Made by a program: the position numbers and the translations under genes | NCBI GenBank assembly: GCA_038087875.1 | Contig: CM075989.1 | Coordinates: 24,182,001 to 24,246,000, forward strand | Source: Malacoraja senta | Lineage: Eukaryota | Direction of reading: 5' to 3' | Length of the DNA: 64,000 nt | Notes under the pieces: model-generated | Seen by the model: only the letters and a program-made list of their open reading frames with translations | What the model was told of the DNA's origin: nothing | Databases searched by the model: none | Shown here: in pieces, positions 63,258 through 64,000 of the stretch | How the letters are laid out: each line of letters begins with the position of its first letter | Position numbering within the stretch: the first letter of the stretch is position 1

Positions 63258-63635
63258 GTGAACTGCAGGTGCTGGTTTACACCGAAGATAGGCACAAAAT
63301 GCTGGAGTAACTCAGCGGGACAGGCAGCATCTCTGGAGAGAAGGAATGGGTGAAGTTTCGGGTCGAGACCCATCTTCAGACTGAGAGTCAGGGGAGAGGG
63401 AAACTAGAGATGTGGGAGAGTTTCAAAGAGAATGAAAAGGTCAGATCAAAGCAGACGATGATCAAGGAAATGTAGAATGGTTGTTCAAGAAGAAACTGCA
63501 GATGCTGGAAAATCGAAGGTACACAAAAATGCTGGAGAAACTCAGCGGGTGCAGCAGCATCTATGGAGCGAAGGAAATAGGCAACGTTTCAGGCCGAATG
63601 TAGAATGGTTCATTGTTGGCTGAAGGGAAGGTGAC
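63258..63635 (-). mobile_element. PLE 3' fragment with a nested subtype-B unit (63483-63596)
   Basis: 14-bp TSD aatgtagaatggtt at 63469-63482 and 63597-63610. Confidence 0.8.
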
Positions 63636-64000
63636 TGTGAAAGTAGTCGGGGAACGGCTGTTGTTGGAGAAAGTGGAGTACGTCATGATCTCCAGTGACT
63701 GGGCAGTCTCAGACTGGTGTCCAATCACTCTCTCCATCACACTACGTTGAGTGAAGCTAGTTCAGGTTTTCAATGACACATGTGTTACTGCTAAATAACA
63801 TATTTCCTTTTACAAATATTATGTCACTTTGTTGTCTTTTAGAATTTACTTTTTCCATTAAACAAGGTAGGCTGGAGAGTTTCATGAGACAGAAGTGCAT
63901 CGAGATGTTTAAATACTTTCATCAATTTAAGGTTGAAGGTTGAAGTAGTTCATCAATGTCTCCTGAATCCAGAGATGTACGTCGCCCTTCAAGTGAACGC

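Overview
Eukaryotic, repeat-dense vertebrate DNA; the repeat families suggest a cartilaginous fish (skate/ray-like), which is an inference. The only host coding sequence I can support is two + strand GT-AG exons (41408-41535, 128 nt; 49674-49719, 46 nt) encoding the first thrombospondin type-1 repeat of an ADAMTS-like protein, most likely ADAMTSL3 (ADAMTSL1 not excluded). The rest of the window is probably intronic. It holds L1/Tx1, CR1, Rex1/Babar and RTE LINE fragments, tRNA-derived V-SINEs, a Deu-SINE remnant, a Helitron, a TIR MITE and Penelope-like element (PLE) remnants. The most notable signal is a large family of short PLE-derived units that carry minimal type I hammerhead-ribozyme motifs, have their own 12-15 bp TSDs, form foldbacks, and give rise to 66-bp tandem arrays phased on the hammerhead GAAACGUC motif. 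Other highlights are an exact 86-bp inverted copy of local DNA inside the Helitron and an L1 insertion whose TSD overlaps a splice donor. Most short ORFs in the track are repeat-derived or noise. Repeat boundaries are estimated by eye.
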